A stretch of 35,513 nucleotides of DNA from a virus (Duplodnaviria; Caudoviricetes), in the IMG/VR virus record IMGVR_UViG_3300021085_000101, positions 1-35,513 of that record, one strand, 5' to 3'. The notes below the pieces were generated by a model that saw only the letters and a list, made by a program, of their open reading frames with translations, was not told the DNA's origin and did no database searches. Made by a program: the position numbers and the translations under genes. Shown in pieces: positions 15,400-27,400 of this stretch. Position 1 is the first letter of the stretch. Each line of letters opens with the position of its first letter.

Positions 15400-16818
15400 T
15401 TAGAAGTCTAGTTTTACTTTTATCAATGTTTCTGTATCAAAACTTTTTAAAATCGGAACACTGCACTTTGCAACTGCAACCAACTCATTGTTTTCGTTAT
15501 ACAAACCAACAGTAGTAATGTAAGACTTTGGGTCATCAATAAAATCTTCATGACGCAACCTTCCGATCCAATAGTCACGATTAGGACCAGAACCCTCTTC
15601 ATGTAGTTGAGTTGCCTCTTTACCACCGTACACAAATGAAGGATTATTACTGTAGTTAAAGTCTGTATTTTTTACTCTTATAAAATAATGCTTGGATGGC
15701 ACAAATTCGGTGCTCCTTGCTTTGAACGACCCACCCAATTTAATAGCATTGAATAATTTCATAAAATTTTGATGATTGCGCTCTGTTCCATATTGTAAAT
15801 CAGATGAACCAAGTTCTTCACTTGTGTTAATTACGGTTGGATCACTTTTTCCATACCAACTGAGTTGCCTACCTTTGTTATTTTTTTCAGAAGCTTGCTC
15901 TGAGTCACCTCTACTAATTAACTCTTCTTCTATTTTACTTCCAAAGTGACAGGACAATGCAAACGGGTTTAAAACAAGAATACCCAAATCCGGATACGCA
16001 AACCCAAATCCTTCTCCCGATCCGTCTCCTGATCCGGATGCGTATCGTTTGTCATTCGTCATCTCATCAACAATAGAACCAGTAACTATCTGATATACTT
16101 TTCCTGTTGACGGGTTTCTAACCGAATTCGTTGTGAATCTACTATCATCTCTAAATGTCTCGGTTACGGTAATATCTCCATGTGTTATGGTTAGTCTAAA
16201 TTCAAGATTACCCGGATCAAACTTTTCTTTTAACTGTGATGATGAGAAGTTTATTACGTATATTGAATCTCTGTCTTTAAATGAATTGGTATTTGAATCT
16301 AGTGCAAATGTCCAACTAGAGTCACCTGGTCCCAGTAGTATATTTTTGTATTGATTATAAACTGCCTTTGTGACAGATGTAGATAAATCAGAGTTTAGTG
16401 AACCGTATCCATGCTTGTTTCCGTATGATATAGAAAATTGTGAAGTTGAGTTGTCATTTGGAACTCCATCAACATATGTTGGTTCATTATATACATTTAC
16501 ATAATAATCTCCAAATGAGACATCGTTCCATTTTTTTTTATTCGCACCGAGTGTTCCCGTCGACTCCCCTTCAAATATTATAGTGTCTTCATTATAGTTC
16601 GTAACATTTCCGAAGTCATCAAATTCTGGAATTACATACGAATTTTCTGTGGATTCATCGGGTGTTGACTCAACCCACCCACTTATGTTACTGGAAACTT
16701 CAGAATTATCTATATAAAAATCTATGCACTCAAATCCTGTTGAAAATAACCCTGAAGATACTTTTCTTACACGACCAAAAACTTTATCAGTTTGTTCTAT
16801 TTCTCTGTATATGCTCAT
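15400..16818 (-). CDS. Baseplate/tail-fibre attachment-type structural protein (472 aa), compact paralog of the 3134-aa protein
   Basis: C-terminal ITTVGLYNENNELVAVAK resembles the I.E.GL.D..G.L.A.A motif of tail-collar-fibre (P2 gpH N-terminal/DUF3751-like) domains; structural context. Confidence 0.7.
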   Translation of the reverse strand: MSIYREIEQTDKVFGRVRKVSSGLFSTGFECIDFYIDNSEVSSNISGWVESTPDESTENSYVIPEFDDFGNVTNYNEDTIIFEGESTGTLGANKKKWNDVSFGDYYVNVYNEPTYVDGVPNDNSTSQFSISYGNKHGYGSLNSDLSTSVTKAVYNQYKNILLGPGDSSWTFALDSNTNSFKDRDSIYVINFSSSQLKEKFDPGNLEFRLTITHGDITVTETFRDDSRFTTNSVRNPSTGKVYQIVTGSIVDEMTNDKRYASGSGDGSGEGFGFAYPDLGILVLNPFALSCHFGSKIEEELISRGDSEQASEKNNKGRQLSWYGKSDPTVINTSEELGSSDLQYGTERNHQNFMKLFNAIKLGGSFKARSTEFVPSKHYFIRVKNTDFNYSNNPSFVYGGKEATQLHEEGSGPNRDYWIGRLRHEDFIDDPKSYITTVGLYNENNELVAVAKCSVPILKSFDTETLIKVKLDF

Positions 16819-17486
16819 AGGAATGTATTAAGTGTGTCTTGTTCTGAATTTTCACTTGCCGAAACGACTGTTACGATAACAGGAATTGAAGTTGACCCAC
16901 CACTTTCGTTTCCAATTATAGTCAATGTTGCTCGTTGGTCAGTTGTTATGCTTTTATTTGGTTTAAATGTAAAAGAAAACCCAACTTCAGTAGTTGCCAT
17001 TTCACTTGAAGTATCTCCTAAAAATATAGAAGCAGTTTGTGAAGCATCCACATCAAGTCCCGTACCTGTTAGTGTTCCTACATTTCTGTTTGATAAAACC
17101 GCAGTATATCCAAGTGATGTATTGTACACAGGTTCTGTTGTGGGTGTTATGTTAATAACTCCATTGTATGTTTTATCAACAATAATGTTTTGTTGACCAA
17201 GTTTAATGGTGGGAATATATTCTGTTCCAGGTGGAAGTGTTACTAGTTTATATTTTAAACATTGTGTTTCGTCTGTAAGGGGTTCAAATACAGGTATGTT
17301 ACGAAGTGCAGAGTCGTAGTATTGCGATCCCTCTGGATGATTCGGATCGTATAGTGTATAGTCTATTTCATCATCAGCAAGTGCAAAACTTGTGATATTT
17401 AGACCATTCTCCGAAGCAAGTAGTTCTCTACCCTTTCGTGTAAGAACCGCATGAACGGTTATAGTTTCATTATTTAGATAACCCAT
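16815..17486 (-). CDS. Virion structural protein (223 aa), tail-collar-fibre N-terminal-like motif plus an Ig-like C-terminus
   Basis: AVLTRKGRELLA...LNITSFALADDEIDY resembles the LT..G..LLA...L.IT.F..GD start of tail-collar-fibre domains; beta-rich C-half; ATGA overlap with the next gene. Confidence 0.65.
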   Translation of the reverse strand: MGYLNNETITVHAVLTRKGRELLASENGLNITSFALADDEIDYTLYDPNHPEGSQYYDSALRNIPVFEPLTDETQCLKYKLVTLPPGTEYIPTIKLGQQNIIVDKTYNGVINITPTTEPVYNTSLGYTAVLSNRNVGTLTGTGLDVDASQTASIFLGDTSSEMATTEVGFSFTFKPNKSITTDQRATLTIIGNESGGSTSIPVIVTVVSASENSEQDTLNTFL

Positions 17487-17516
17487 ACTAATATATATTT
17501 AATTTAAAATTATTTC

Positions 17517-17532
17517 ATATAAATATTTATAT
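17517..17532. promoter_or_regulatory. Perfect 16-bp palindrome ATATAAATATTTATAT containing the ATATTTATAT motif
   Basis: Self-complementary; intergenic, ~30 nt upstream of ATG 17486. Confidence 0.45.
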
Positions 17533-17542
17533 ATAAGATTTT

Positions 17543-18439
17543 TTATTTGTCTTCTTTGGGTGATTCGTCATATATCTTACCTAAAAAAGTCCTAAATGCA
17601 CCAGTTGCCTCTGTAAGTTTTCCGTCATTTTCACCACCCACAATTTGATACATAGATTCCTCGTTAAAGTAATTTTGATTATTTTGCTTTTGTAAGTTGT
17701 AATTTTCATGTGCTTCTACGAATTTATTGTTTTGCAGATAGTGAAAAGGTTCATTCTTTTCTTCAAAATCAATGTCAACCGGAATTGACAAATTCCCATT
17801 TTTTCTACTTGTATTAAATAGATAAGAGACATTCTGTGTTGCAAGTTGGTTCAGGTTAACTTTTCCGTATTTTAGAGGATAATGATATACATTAAAATCA
17901 TCAAGCCACCCAGAAAACCCACCAAGTTTCATGTTTGAGAATTTTACTTTTTCCAAATCTCGCCCCATGTCGTGTTTAAAAAGATATTTTCCATTTCCAA
18001 ATACTCTAACAATACCTTCTTTTTCAAATAAAATAATAAAGTGTACCCATCCAGAGTTTGATATTTTTACATCAAATTTCGTAGGTTGGTTATTTTTATC
18101 ATCATTCCAACATACCCCTAGATGCCCTTCATCATCTTCTCCACAATTGTAAAAAACACCCGTTAATTTGTCGTTATCTTCATTTACAAATATTGGTGAG
18201 TTTTGAAAGCTTTTATTTTTTGGGTGTATCCAAAAAGAAAGAGATAATTCTCTTGTTGAAAAACTATCACAATTAATATCAGCAAATGATTGAATTGTTT
18301 CATTTATATCAGAATCATTGTTGAATTCAACTGCGGTTTTAAACCCCCTGTTTTGACCTGCACTAATAAGCTTACCGTTATATAAAACTGCATCAACTTT
18401 ATTCGTATCTTCGGAATATAATTTATGTATAGTATTCAT
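17543..18439 (-). CDS. LamG/concanavalin A-like lectin-fold protein
   Basis: LSLSFWIHP, GWVHFIIL, VRVFGNG, LGGFSGWLDDFNVY. Likely start ATG 18439 (track start 18466 overlaps the upstream gene). Confidence 0.75.
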   Translation of the reverse strand: MNTIHKLYSEDTNKVDAVLYNGKLISAGQNRGFKTAVEFNNDSDINETIQSFADINCDSFSTRELSLSFWIHPKNKSFQNSPIFVNEDNDKLTGVFYNCGEDDEGHLGVCWNDDKNNQPTKFDVKISNSGWVHFIILFEKEGIVRVFGNGKYLFKHDMGRDLEKVKFSNMKLGGFSGWLDDFNVYHYPLKYGKVNLNQLATQNVSYLFNTSRKNGNLSIPVDIDFEEKNEPFHYLQNNKFVEAHENYNLQKQNNQNYFNEESMYQIVGGENDGKLTEATGAFRTFLGKIYDESPKEDK

Positions 18440-18446
18440 GTTTATT

Positions 18447-21400
18447 TTATGATAATTTACCCGCAACAGAAGTTGACCAGTTTGCTTTTTTAGTAAACTC
18501 TTCCTCCGTCATTATTTTTGTTTTTTCATTATTAGCAACAACTACATACCAATATATCAAAGTAGAGTTTAAATTATCGGTATCGGTATATGTAGTTTCC
18601 TTAACATTATTTGCAATCGCAACATAGGTTGAAAAGTCTTCAAATTCATTAGTCTCCGATCTGAGAATTGTAAAACTGTCTGATTTGTTGAATTGGGAGT
18701 TTACAGAACTCCCGTCCCATGAAAGTTCTATTTTATTAGAATATTTTCCATATGATACACTCAAGAATGAAGGTGCATCTGGAATTCCCAACCTCCACCC
18801 AGTTATGGTTACTGACGATGTTTCTTTTCCGGATGGTCCTACTGATATGACTCGGTAGTTTCTTTCTTCGTTTAATTCAAGTGATGTATCAAGATACCCA
18901 CCAGTTGCTCTTATTTGCGAAAGATTGTCAACGACAACTACCCAATCAGATGTGTTTTCATCATGTGCTTCTATTCTTATGTAGCTTGCACTATATGATG
19001 GTTTCCATGATAACAACACACCATCGGGTCGTCCTGTTGTCGCAGATAGTTCAGTGACAGGATCAATCTGGTTTAGAACTTTTACGGCAATGTGTCTTGC
19101 ACCTACCCAACTTTTAATGAAATATCCATAATCTGCAAATAAATGTTGGTTGTCATATTTGTGTAAAAGACCCAATTGATTCTTTGACATATAAAATGCT
19201 CTGAATTTGCCGTTTTTGTGTATATTACTAGAATCCCAACCATACTGATTTATAGTTTCTGATGTAATCGATTCATCAATCATTTTGGTGTAATTTGAAA
19301 CACGTAATCCGAAATTTTTAGCTGCATCCGGTATTTCTGATAATATTTCTTCACGTTCTTGTATATCTTCGACAGACATAATACCTGAAATAATTATTCT
19401 CTGGTCGTCTAAGTCTTCTGCTATTTCTAATTCTGTTAAGTGTTGGTTTTTTGATAAATCATATTTTTTAGTTGTGATTGCAAAATCACCATATTCAAAT
19501 AAAAACGCAGTATCAGTTTGAAAAGTTTCTTGGGGTGTTGGTGTAACATCACCAAGCACAGGAGTTGGTGTGCTGACCGGAACTGGAGACGGTGTCAGTA
19601 TACCCTCGGGGGTCTCAGGAGATTCATTTGAAATTGGTGTGGGTGTATGTGTGGGTGTGGGGGTTGGGGTTTGCTCGGGAGTTGGTGTTGGTGTTTTCTC
19701 GATTATGTTATTAGATATTATTTCTATTAGACCAGTTTGCGATGAGAAGTTTGAGCTGCTTCCAAAGTTTCCATTTAAATCCCCATCGATTCGTTTTGTT
19801 TCACTTGTAGTATAATCATATCCCACATTTTCTAAAAATTGTAAATCATTAAATTTATTTGATTTTTGAACCACCCAACATTCATCGGTTTTGTATATAA
19901 AGTATCCATTTTCGTTTTCAAATACATGAGTATTATTATATGAACGATTAATTTTGTTGTATAATCCGTTTGCATCTTCTGTTTCAGTTGAATTAAAATT
20001 CGTAACTTTTAATGTGATGTCTTGTAGTGTATCGTGGTTTTCGAATCTAAAAGATATAATTGGGTCAGTTTCTGGTTTTTCGTAAACCAGAGTTGGTTCA
20101 GTTTGTTTGATGTGCTTTTTATCTTGATTAAACCAAAACGAGTCTTTTTCATACTCCACTTTTCGTTTATCTGACTTTTTATATGTTCTTACAATTGATG
20201 GCTTTCCGCATACATATCCAGTTGATGTGTCAATTGTTGTTTCGTTGCTATTACTAGAAACACCAAGATTTCTATTATAACTATTGTCGGTGTGAGTTCT
20301 AACTTTACCATGTGAAATTATGTTTTTAGTAGTACCTATGTGTGCTAAATCAAATGGTAAATATTTTTTTTCTATTAAATATTTTTTATTAGAAAAGCAC
20401 ATAACACTTTCATCAATTCCCATGTTAAATTGGTTCTGTGATTTGAATATTTTAACAAACTCATTTAAAAACTCAAAGTCATGATAATTGACTAGATTTG
20501 TGTCTTTGTATTTTTTCTTTTTAACATTTATAGTTGAGGTAACGCACAGTTTAGTATAGTTGTTGTTAAATATTTTCCAATGGTTTCCCGTATCAAAATC
20601 AACTCCCGGTATTACACTTCTATTGTCAGGGGTGTCTTTTTTACATTCCCACATTAAATAATTATGATACACACGGTCTCCTACTTTATACTTAACACTG
20701 GTTTTAAAACTATTGTCATAAAAATTTTCAATAACATGGGGCATATCACTTGAGTGTTGACTTAGATTAGCATCATATTCAACATTTGTATGAAGAATAT
20801 CTCTTGAGTTTTCTACAATAAAATTTAATTTAAATTTATCAAAACCATCACCATCCACATAAACTTCGTTTTTTAATTTAAGAAACAGGTTATTGTGAAT
20901 ATAAAAATCACCCACACTTCGTTCGGTTTTGCATGGAATTGATGACCAATATTTAGATATCTTTTCGGCGTTTGTAATTCTGACGTCAGCCTTTAATTTC
21001 ATATCGTCTGAAATCGTTTTTTCGTATCCTGTTTTGTTGTAAACGATCAACTCACCAATATTACTTTTTAAACTAAGGGATTCAACATCTACATTTAAAA
21101 AGTCACGTGTATCTTCAAAAATAAAGTCTATTTCAAAATTTATGTAAAATTTCAAAGTTTCTGACCGATTTGTATATACTCCAACTTGATCAATTTGACT
21201 GTATTGTTCTATTTTTAATGTAGGATGTAGTCTATCGTTCCTAAGTTCCCAGGTTTCTCCTTTGTCAGATGTATGAAACAACCAATTCGAATCACTATTT
21301 CTAAAAAGATATTCACCAGTTTCTAGATATCCATATGAATAATAAACTCCGTTTGCATCTTCATATTCATCCGTTAAATTTTTAAGTTCAATTGCTAAAT

Positions 21401-24400
21401 TCCCACTATCATCTGCGGTTTTGTATTCACATATACAATATATATTTTTTGTTGTAGTTTTATACACACCACATCGTGGATACTTGTGGTTCATTGTCAA
21501 ACTAACATTTCTGATTAGTGTTTTCATTTTCCATGCACGATTTAAACCAGAAAACTCAACAACAGAGTTATTTTCGTTTATTATTTTATCTACAACATAT
21601 GAATACCTTCCACCCAAGGTGTGGTTTTTATCCTTAGAAAAACAGGTTGCATTTAAATATGTCAACCCCTGTGTGTTAATTTTTGATTTATTTGAAAATT
21701 CACCACTCTGCTCATTAGTTGATTTTATTTTCCAAACTATTGCATTTTGAAAATTTAAATTACACGCACTTGTTTCTTGATATTGCATTATATTAAGCAA
21801 TTTTAACTTTTCTTCTATATTATTATATTTGTCTAAAAACAACTCATCACGTGAATCGGAGTTCATATACACAAGTGGGATTTCATAAATAAATTTATTA
21901 TTTGTTTTAGATTTAATGGCAATCTTCCAAATTAAAAAGTTATTAAAATTTTTCTTTTCAAGTTTAAATAATAACTTGTTGGGAACTATCTTAAACCTGT
22001 TGCTAACCGACACATTCGCTTCTTGAAATTTATTACCTATTATTTGATTAGTTTCACCATAAACAAACCCATTTTTATCAACAATGCTATCAGGACTAAC
22101 CAATACTTCTTTTCCTGTGTAAAACCCTTGATTATTATGTTTGTTTGCTAGAAATCCATCTTCTAAATATTTTGTATTTGAAATTATGAAATTTAAATTT
22201 TTAATATTTCTAAGTTTCCACTTTTTGATGTCCTCATCATAAGTTATGATCCACTCTTTGTTTTCGTTCGTATATGTCGGAATTGGAACATTATATGCTT
22301 CAAATTTATCACAATATGAAATGTCATTTCTAAATCTATATATACCATTCGCAGAAGATTGCGTAGTTGTGAATCCGTTTATCCTCACATATCCCTCGGA
22401 ATATTTATTATCAGTTACCTTAGATATTTTGTTTATATATTGCTCATCCGATATGAATTCATTCAGTTCAGATGCTTTTTGTTCATTTAAAATCACAAAA
22501 AAGTTGTTTACAAGTTCTCTGTTCTTGGTGTATGTAATTCCGTGATCTATGTCTCCACCTTCCTCATAGAAATTTGTAATTTGAATTTCATATGTATCAG
22601 ACGAAATGGGTGTTTCGTTTCCACATATATCAGACCTCATTACTTCTTTTATTTTTGCGTCTAAATATAATTCAAAATCTAAAATAGATTCGTTAGAAAA
22701 AACTATAACTTCTGTTGAGTTTAATCGTTTACTTGAAGTAATTTCTGAAGTTTGTATATTAATTTTTTTGGTGTGAATCAACCCAGTATCATATTTTACT
22801 GAACTACGTCCCTCAAAATAAACATTTGCAGAACTTAATGATTTTCCAATTGTGTCACCAAGTTCAAGGTCTACATAGTTTTGAAGTGTAACGATTGAAC
22901 TTACAACCGGTGTTGGTTCTCCCGTAATAATTCTGAGTTCTGCTTTTTCTGTGTTTGTATATCGTGTATCGGTGATCGGGGGTTCAATCTTTATTTTTGG
23001 AGTGTCATTAAATGTTATGGTAGAATCTGTAATCCAGTTTGCTCCTGTTATTAAAAAGTTATCTGGTTTTATTCCTGTTATTTCTCCCGATGAACTGTCT
23101 ATGTTAAATAGTTTATATGCTCTTATCTTTTGTGGCCAAGAAGACTTCCAGTTAGCAGGTCTGTTTCCATATATTTCTACTTCTTCTTGTCCTGTATAAC
23201 CCCTTCCGTTTTTAATTAAGTCAATTCCCCTAACAAACTGAGGTATATTGTTTATATGCATAGGTGTTGGGTGAAATTGTGTTTCTTTTGTCTGTCTTGT
23301 AATTAATGTATTTTGAAAAAAGTTTTCAGACTTTAAGTTGGAAGTTACCTCGGATGTAGACTCAAGGCATATTAAAAACATAAAATCAAAATTATCAAGA
23401 GACTCACCCACATAAACTAAACTATAATCTTCCTTTGTTAAAATATTTTTTTCAAAATTATCTATAGTTTTTTCGTTTGAAATATATTTTATACTTTCTC
23501 TGATAGTATTAATTAAATTACGAGTATTTGTTTTTACCTTTTCACCCTGTTGGTTATATACCGACCCAGATTGAAATTGATTTCCCCTACTTACTATATC
23601 ACAATTTTTGTATCTATTTTTATTAAAATTAAATTTAAGATTACATCCATTGATTCTTATCGTCACACTTCCGTCTACTTTAAATTTTATTCCTTGGGCT
23701 AAAAACTGTATGTCTAAAATTGAGTTTGTTTTTAGTTTTATATCATGTGTAACGGATATGTCATATACATCAGGTGAGTAAAATATATCAGTTGTTTTGT
23801 GTGTGTGTTTCTTTTTGATTTGACCACTACTTAAGTCAACTACGTCGGAAATTCCTTGATTTTTTATATTATAATCTGATATGAACTTAAAGTTGACATC
23901 ATTTGAATATTTCAACGAGTTTGGTATTTTTACTAAATTTACATTGTCGAAGTTTTTAGAAGAAAATCTAACTTTATTACTACTGTAATTTCTAAAATCA
24001 AAAACCAACTTATCTCGGTTGTCAAAACTAACCAATGAATTTATTAATCCGGATGTGTAGTGTGGGTTGTCACACGATTCGTATTTTTTGCCATCAAAAA
24101 ACCCAACTACTCTAATATTTTTATCCGAGTCAGTTTGCTGAATCTGATCACTCCCCACCCACCCATTTTGTAACTTGCCTCGGAATGTTCCGTTTAAAAA
24201 TAAATATTTTTTATCTCCAGAAAATGTGTAATTATCATTTGGTTTGCTTATGTTTTTGAAACTCAATCCGTCTGAAAAAACACGCTCAGTTAACTCACCT
24301 TTATATATTCCGTATAGTTCTGCATTAACCCATCCGTGTATATATGCATCACACTCAATGAATCTATCGTACTTTGAAATAAAACTAACACGACCGAAAT

Positions 24401-27400
24401 AGTCTATGCCTCGTTGTGGCAGATTGTCTGATTGAATTGAGTTGTTAAATCCGGTGCTGAACCATTCTGGTGTATTCGTGTTGGTGTCTGTAATTTTATT
24501 GCCACCAATCCAGGTGTAGTTTTCATATTGTCTGCCTTGGTTTAGTGCTAAATATTTCCCACCATCAACCGTATTGTCAGATGCAATAATCCATTTCATT
24601 TTTTGAGGAGAATAAAAAACCCACCACATCCTACTTTGGTTTGTAAATACAGGAAGTCCGGAACTTCCTTTAAATTTAAATTCATATATTCCGTTTGCAG
24701 TTTCCAACCCACCTGTAAATCCTGAAATCTGAATTCCGTCATTAAAAAATATATCATAATTTACTAACTTACCAGTATACTGAACTCCTATTGATTTTTT
24801 TTCTTTTATTTTTTCTACCTTAAAAAGATTTCCATTTTGTTCGGTGATTCCGTGAACGGTAAATATGTCTCGTGTGGAATCCGTGACATCTTCACCCACC
24901 AACTTCCCACAATAGTTGTAGTCAAATGTAAACTCAGATGTGTTTTTAAAAACTTTAATGTCCGAGTCATGTGTTAGTTTGTATCCTCCGTGTTTATTTG
25001 TAATGTATGTGCGCTCGTTTCCAAAGGAAGTTATGCTCTGTTTGGACAAGCCTACATCAAAATCAATATTTAAAATTTCAGTTATTTTTTCTTTATCCGA
25101 TGATGAGTTCTCCTCCAAGTCTATCCAAGTTGAAGACTTTATACGGGGTGGTATTATTTTGTGTCTCTCAAGTAGAGAAGGTTCGATTAATAATCCGGAT
25201 ATTAGATTTGCCCTGGCAGGTATTATCTTCTCTAGGTTTTCAAATAAAGACGGATCAATGTAAGACTTAATTAGATTAAAGTATTTTTGGATGTCAAACT
25301 TTCCATAACCATGTTTAAAAAATATTTTTCTCAACCCCTCTAGTTTTTTGTAACAATAGTTATATGTTTCTTGTGGATCTCCTATAAATTCTCCTAAATT
25401 AATCTGACCAAAGAATCTGATGATTTCTTGATTCGTTATATCTGTTGGACTGAAGTACACCCCCAGTGTATTTGAATCCACCGTGTGCCTGTCCTTTGAT
25501 TTTTTTGTAGAACGGGAACGTGGGTTTAACTCAGCTATCTTTTCATGAGTCTCAATTCGTATTTTATTGTTGTTAAATGATTTTCCACCCATTGCCGGAA
25601 GATTACTAAGCTCACTCCTGTTTTTTCCCACAAAGTGGTACGGATATGTGGTTTCAGTAAAATTATATGCAACTACATCCTGTTTATGTGGTGAAAGTGC
25701 ATAGTTTTTTATAGTACCCGATATAAGTGAATACGGATGATCAAAGTTTATTTTAGTAAGAAGTACATCTTCTAGTTCAATATAGTTATCAATGTCATAA
25801 CCTTGATTATTGTTTATATGACCAATAAATCGTTTTTCTGTTATAGTGGTTGTGTAAATTCTAAGTTTATCAAGAGTTCCCCTAAAGTTTGTCTGTTGAT
25901 TATAGTTTCCAAAATATAAATTTTTTGTTTGCAGGATATTATTTTTGGTGTACTCAGTTACTATTAAATCTTCTTGACTTGAAAATACCTCAGCTGAGTC
26001 ATACATTCTTTTTACATACATAGATATAACGGAATCTGTGTTGGTTTTTGATTGTTTGCTAGTTATTAATACATCATACTCAACCTCATCATCAAAATAT
26101 ATTGGATTGGAAAGTTTACTTGGACAAACAAGAATACCATCAGTATTATAGAAATTTAAATAAAACTTTCCGTACCCTTCTTTAAATGTGGCATCTCGGT
26201 GAATTCCTAATTCCCAATTTTTATTTGATTGTAAAATAGAATAGTAACCACTGTTATTAAGATATCCGTTTTGCTTCAATTCACTTATTGTATAATGGTT
26301 TCCCGCAACACTCCCCTCGAATCTAAAATCAAGAGTATGTTCGTCATTTCTGAATTGACCTTTATTTAACTCACCCTCAGGTGAAAAACTGAATGATAGT
26401 CTCACTATCTCCCCGTTGAGTGTGTCATGAGCACCAATTTCTGCGAGAGTGTACAACGGATCATATGTTCCATCTTTCAACTTTGCACGATCAGAGTATA
26501 TGGTTACAAACGATGGTTCTGTACCTGCGTTTACTTTTGGGTATGAAAATGAAACCCCTTCTCTAAAATTTTTCCAAGAAATTGCAATAACTGAGTTTTC
26601 AGATTTCCACATTTCTGGAATAAACGAATCTTGATTTTTTCCTTTTGTGTAAAATTTAGGTTTACTAGAACCAATAATATAGTCATCATCGGAGTCAATC
26701 AGTTTTTCAATCCCAACACCAACTCCTATGTTTGAAGGTAATGTGGCACTGTTTTGTTTTTCAAATGTTATTGTGTCGTTGGTATTTTCAAAAAACTCCC
26801 TACCCACACCGAGTTTCAACTCAATCGATGTTTCGGTTACCTCACTTTTTACAAAGTTTATGGGAATATCTAAATATTGGTCTGCTTCATTTATCTGCAA
26901 TGCATAATCAAATGTATCTATTTTATAGTTGACATCGGATTCGTCCAAGTCTGTGTTGTAATTTATTCCGCCGTATTCTCGTATTTTAAACAGATGATCG
27001 GGAATTCCATAGCACTTAAACAACGCACGGATTGAATTTTCGGTACCTGATGTTTTTAGAATATAAGGTAAATTGTTTAAAACTCTGCGCCAAACCATGT
27101 CTCTGTTTTTTTCAAACTGCTTTCCAATTGTAAGTTGATCCGATGTACGACCGGAAAGTCTGACTCCATATGAATTCATTACAAACCAAACTAATTGGTT
27201 TGGAATTCCTTTTTTCATTGAATTTCTGGCACTTGCCATGTCTGTCATGTTCTCTGTGTATACATGAAGAATATCAAATTGTTCTCCTATCATTCCCAGA
27301 AACAAAGTAAACTCTTCGTTTTCGTTTGTTCTTACCAGAAACTCAGGTAAACTATTGTAGAGTGATTCATCATTGTATTTATCGTGCAAATCTGCTTCCC

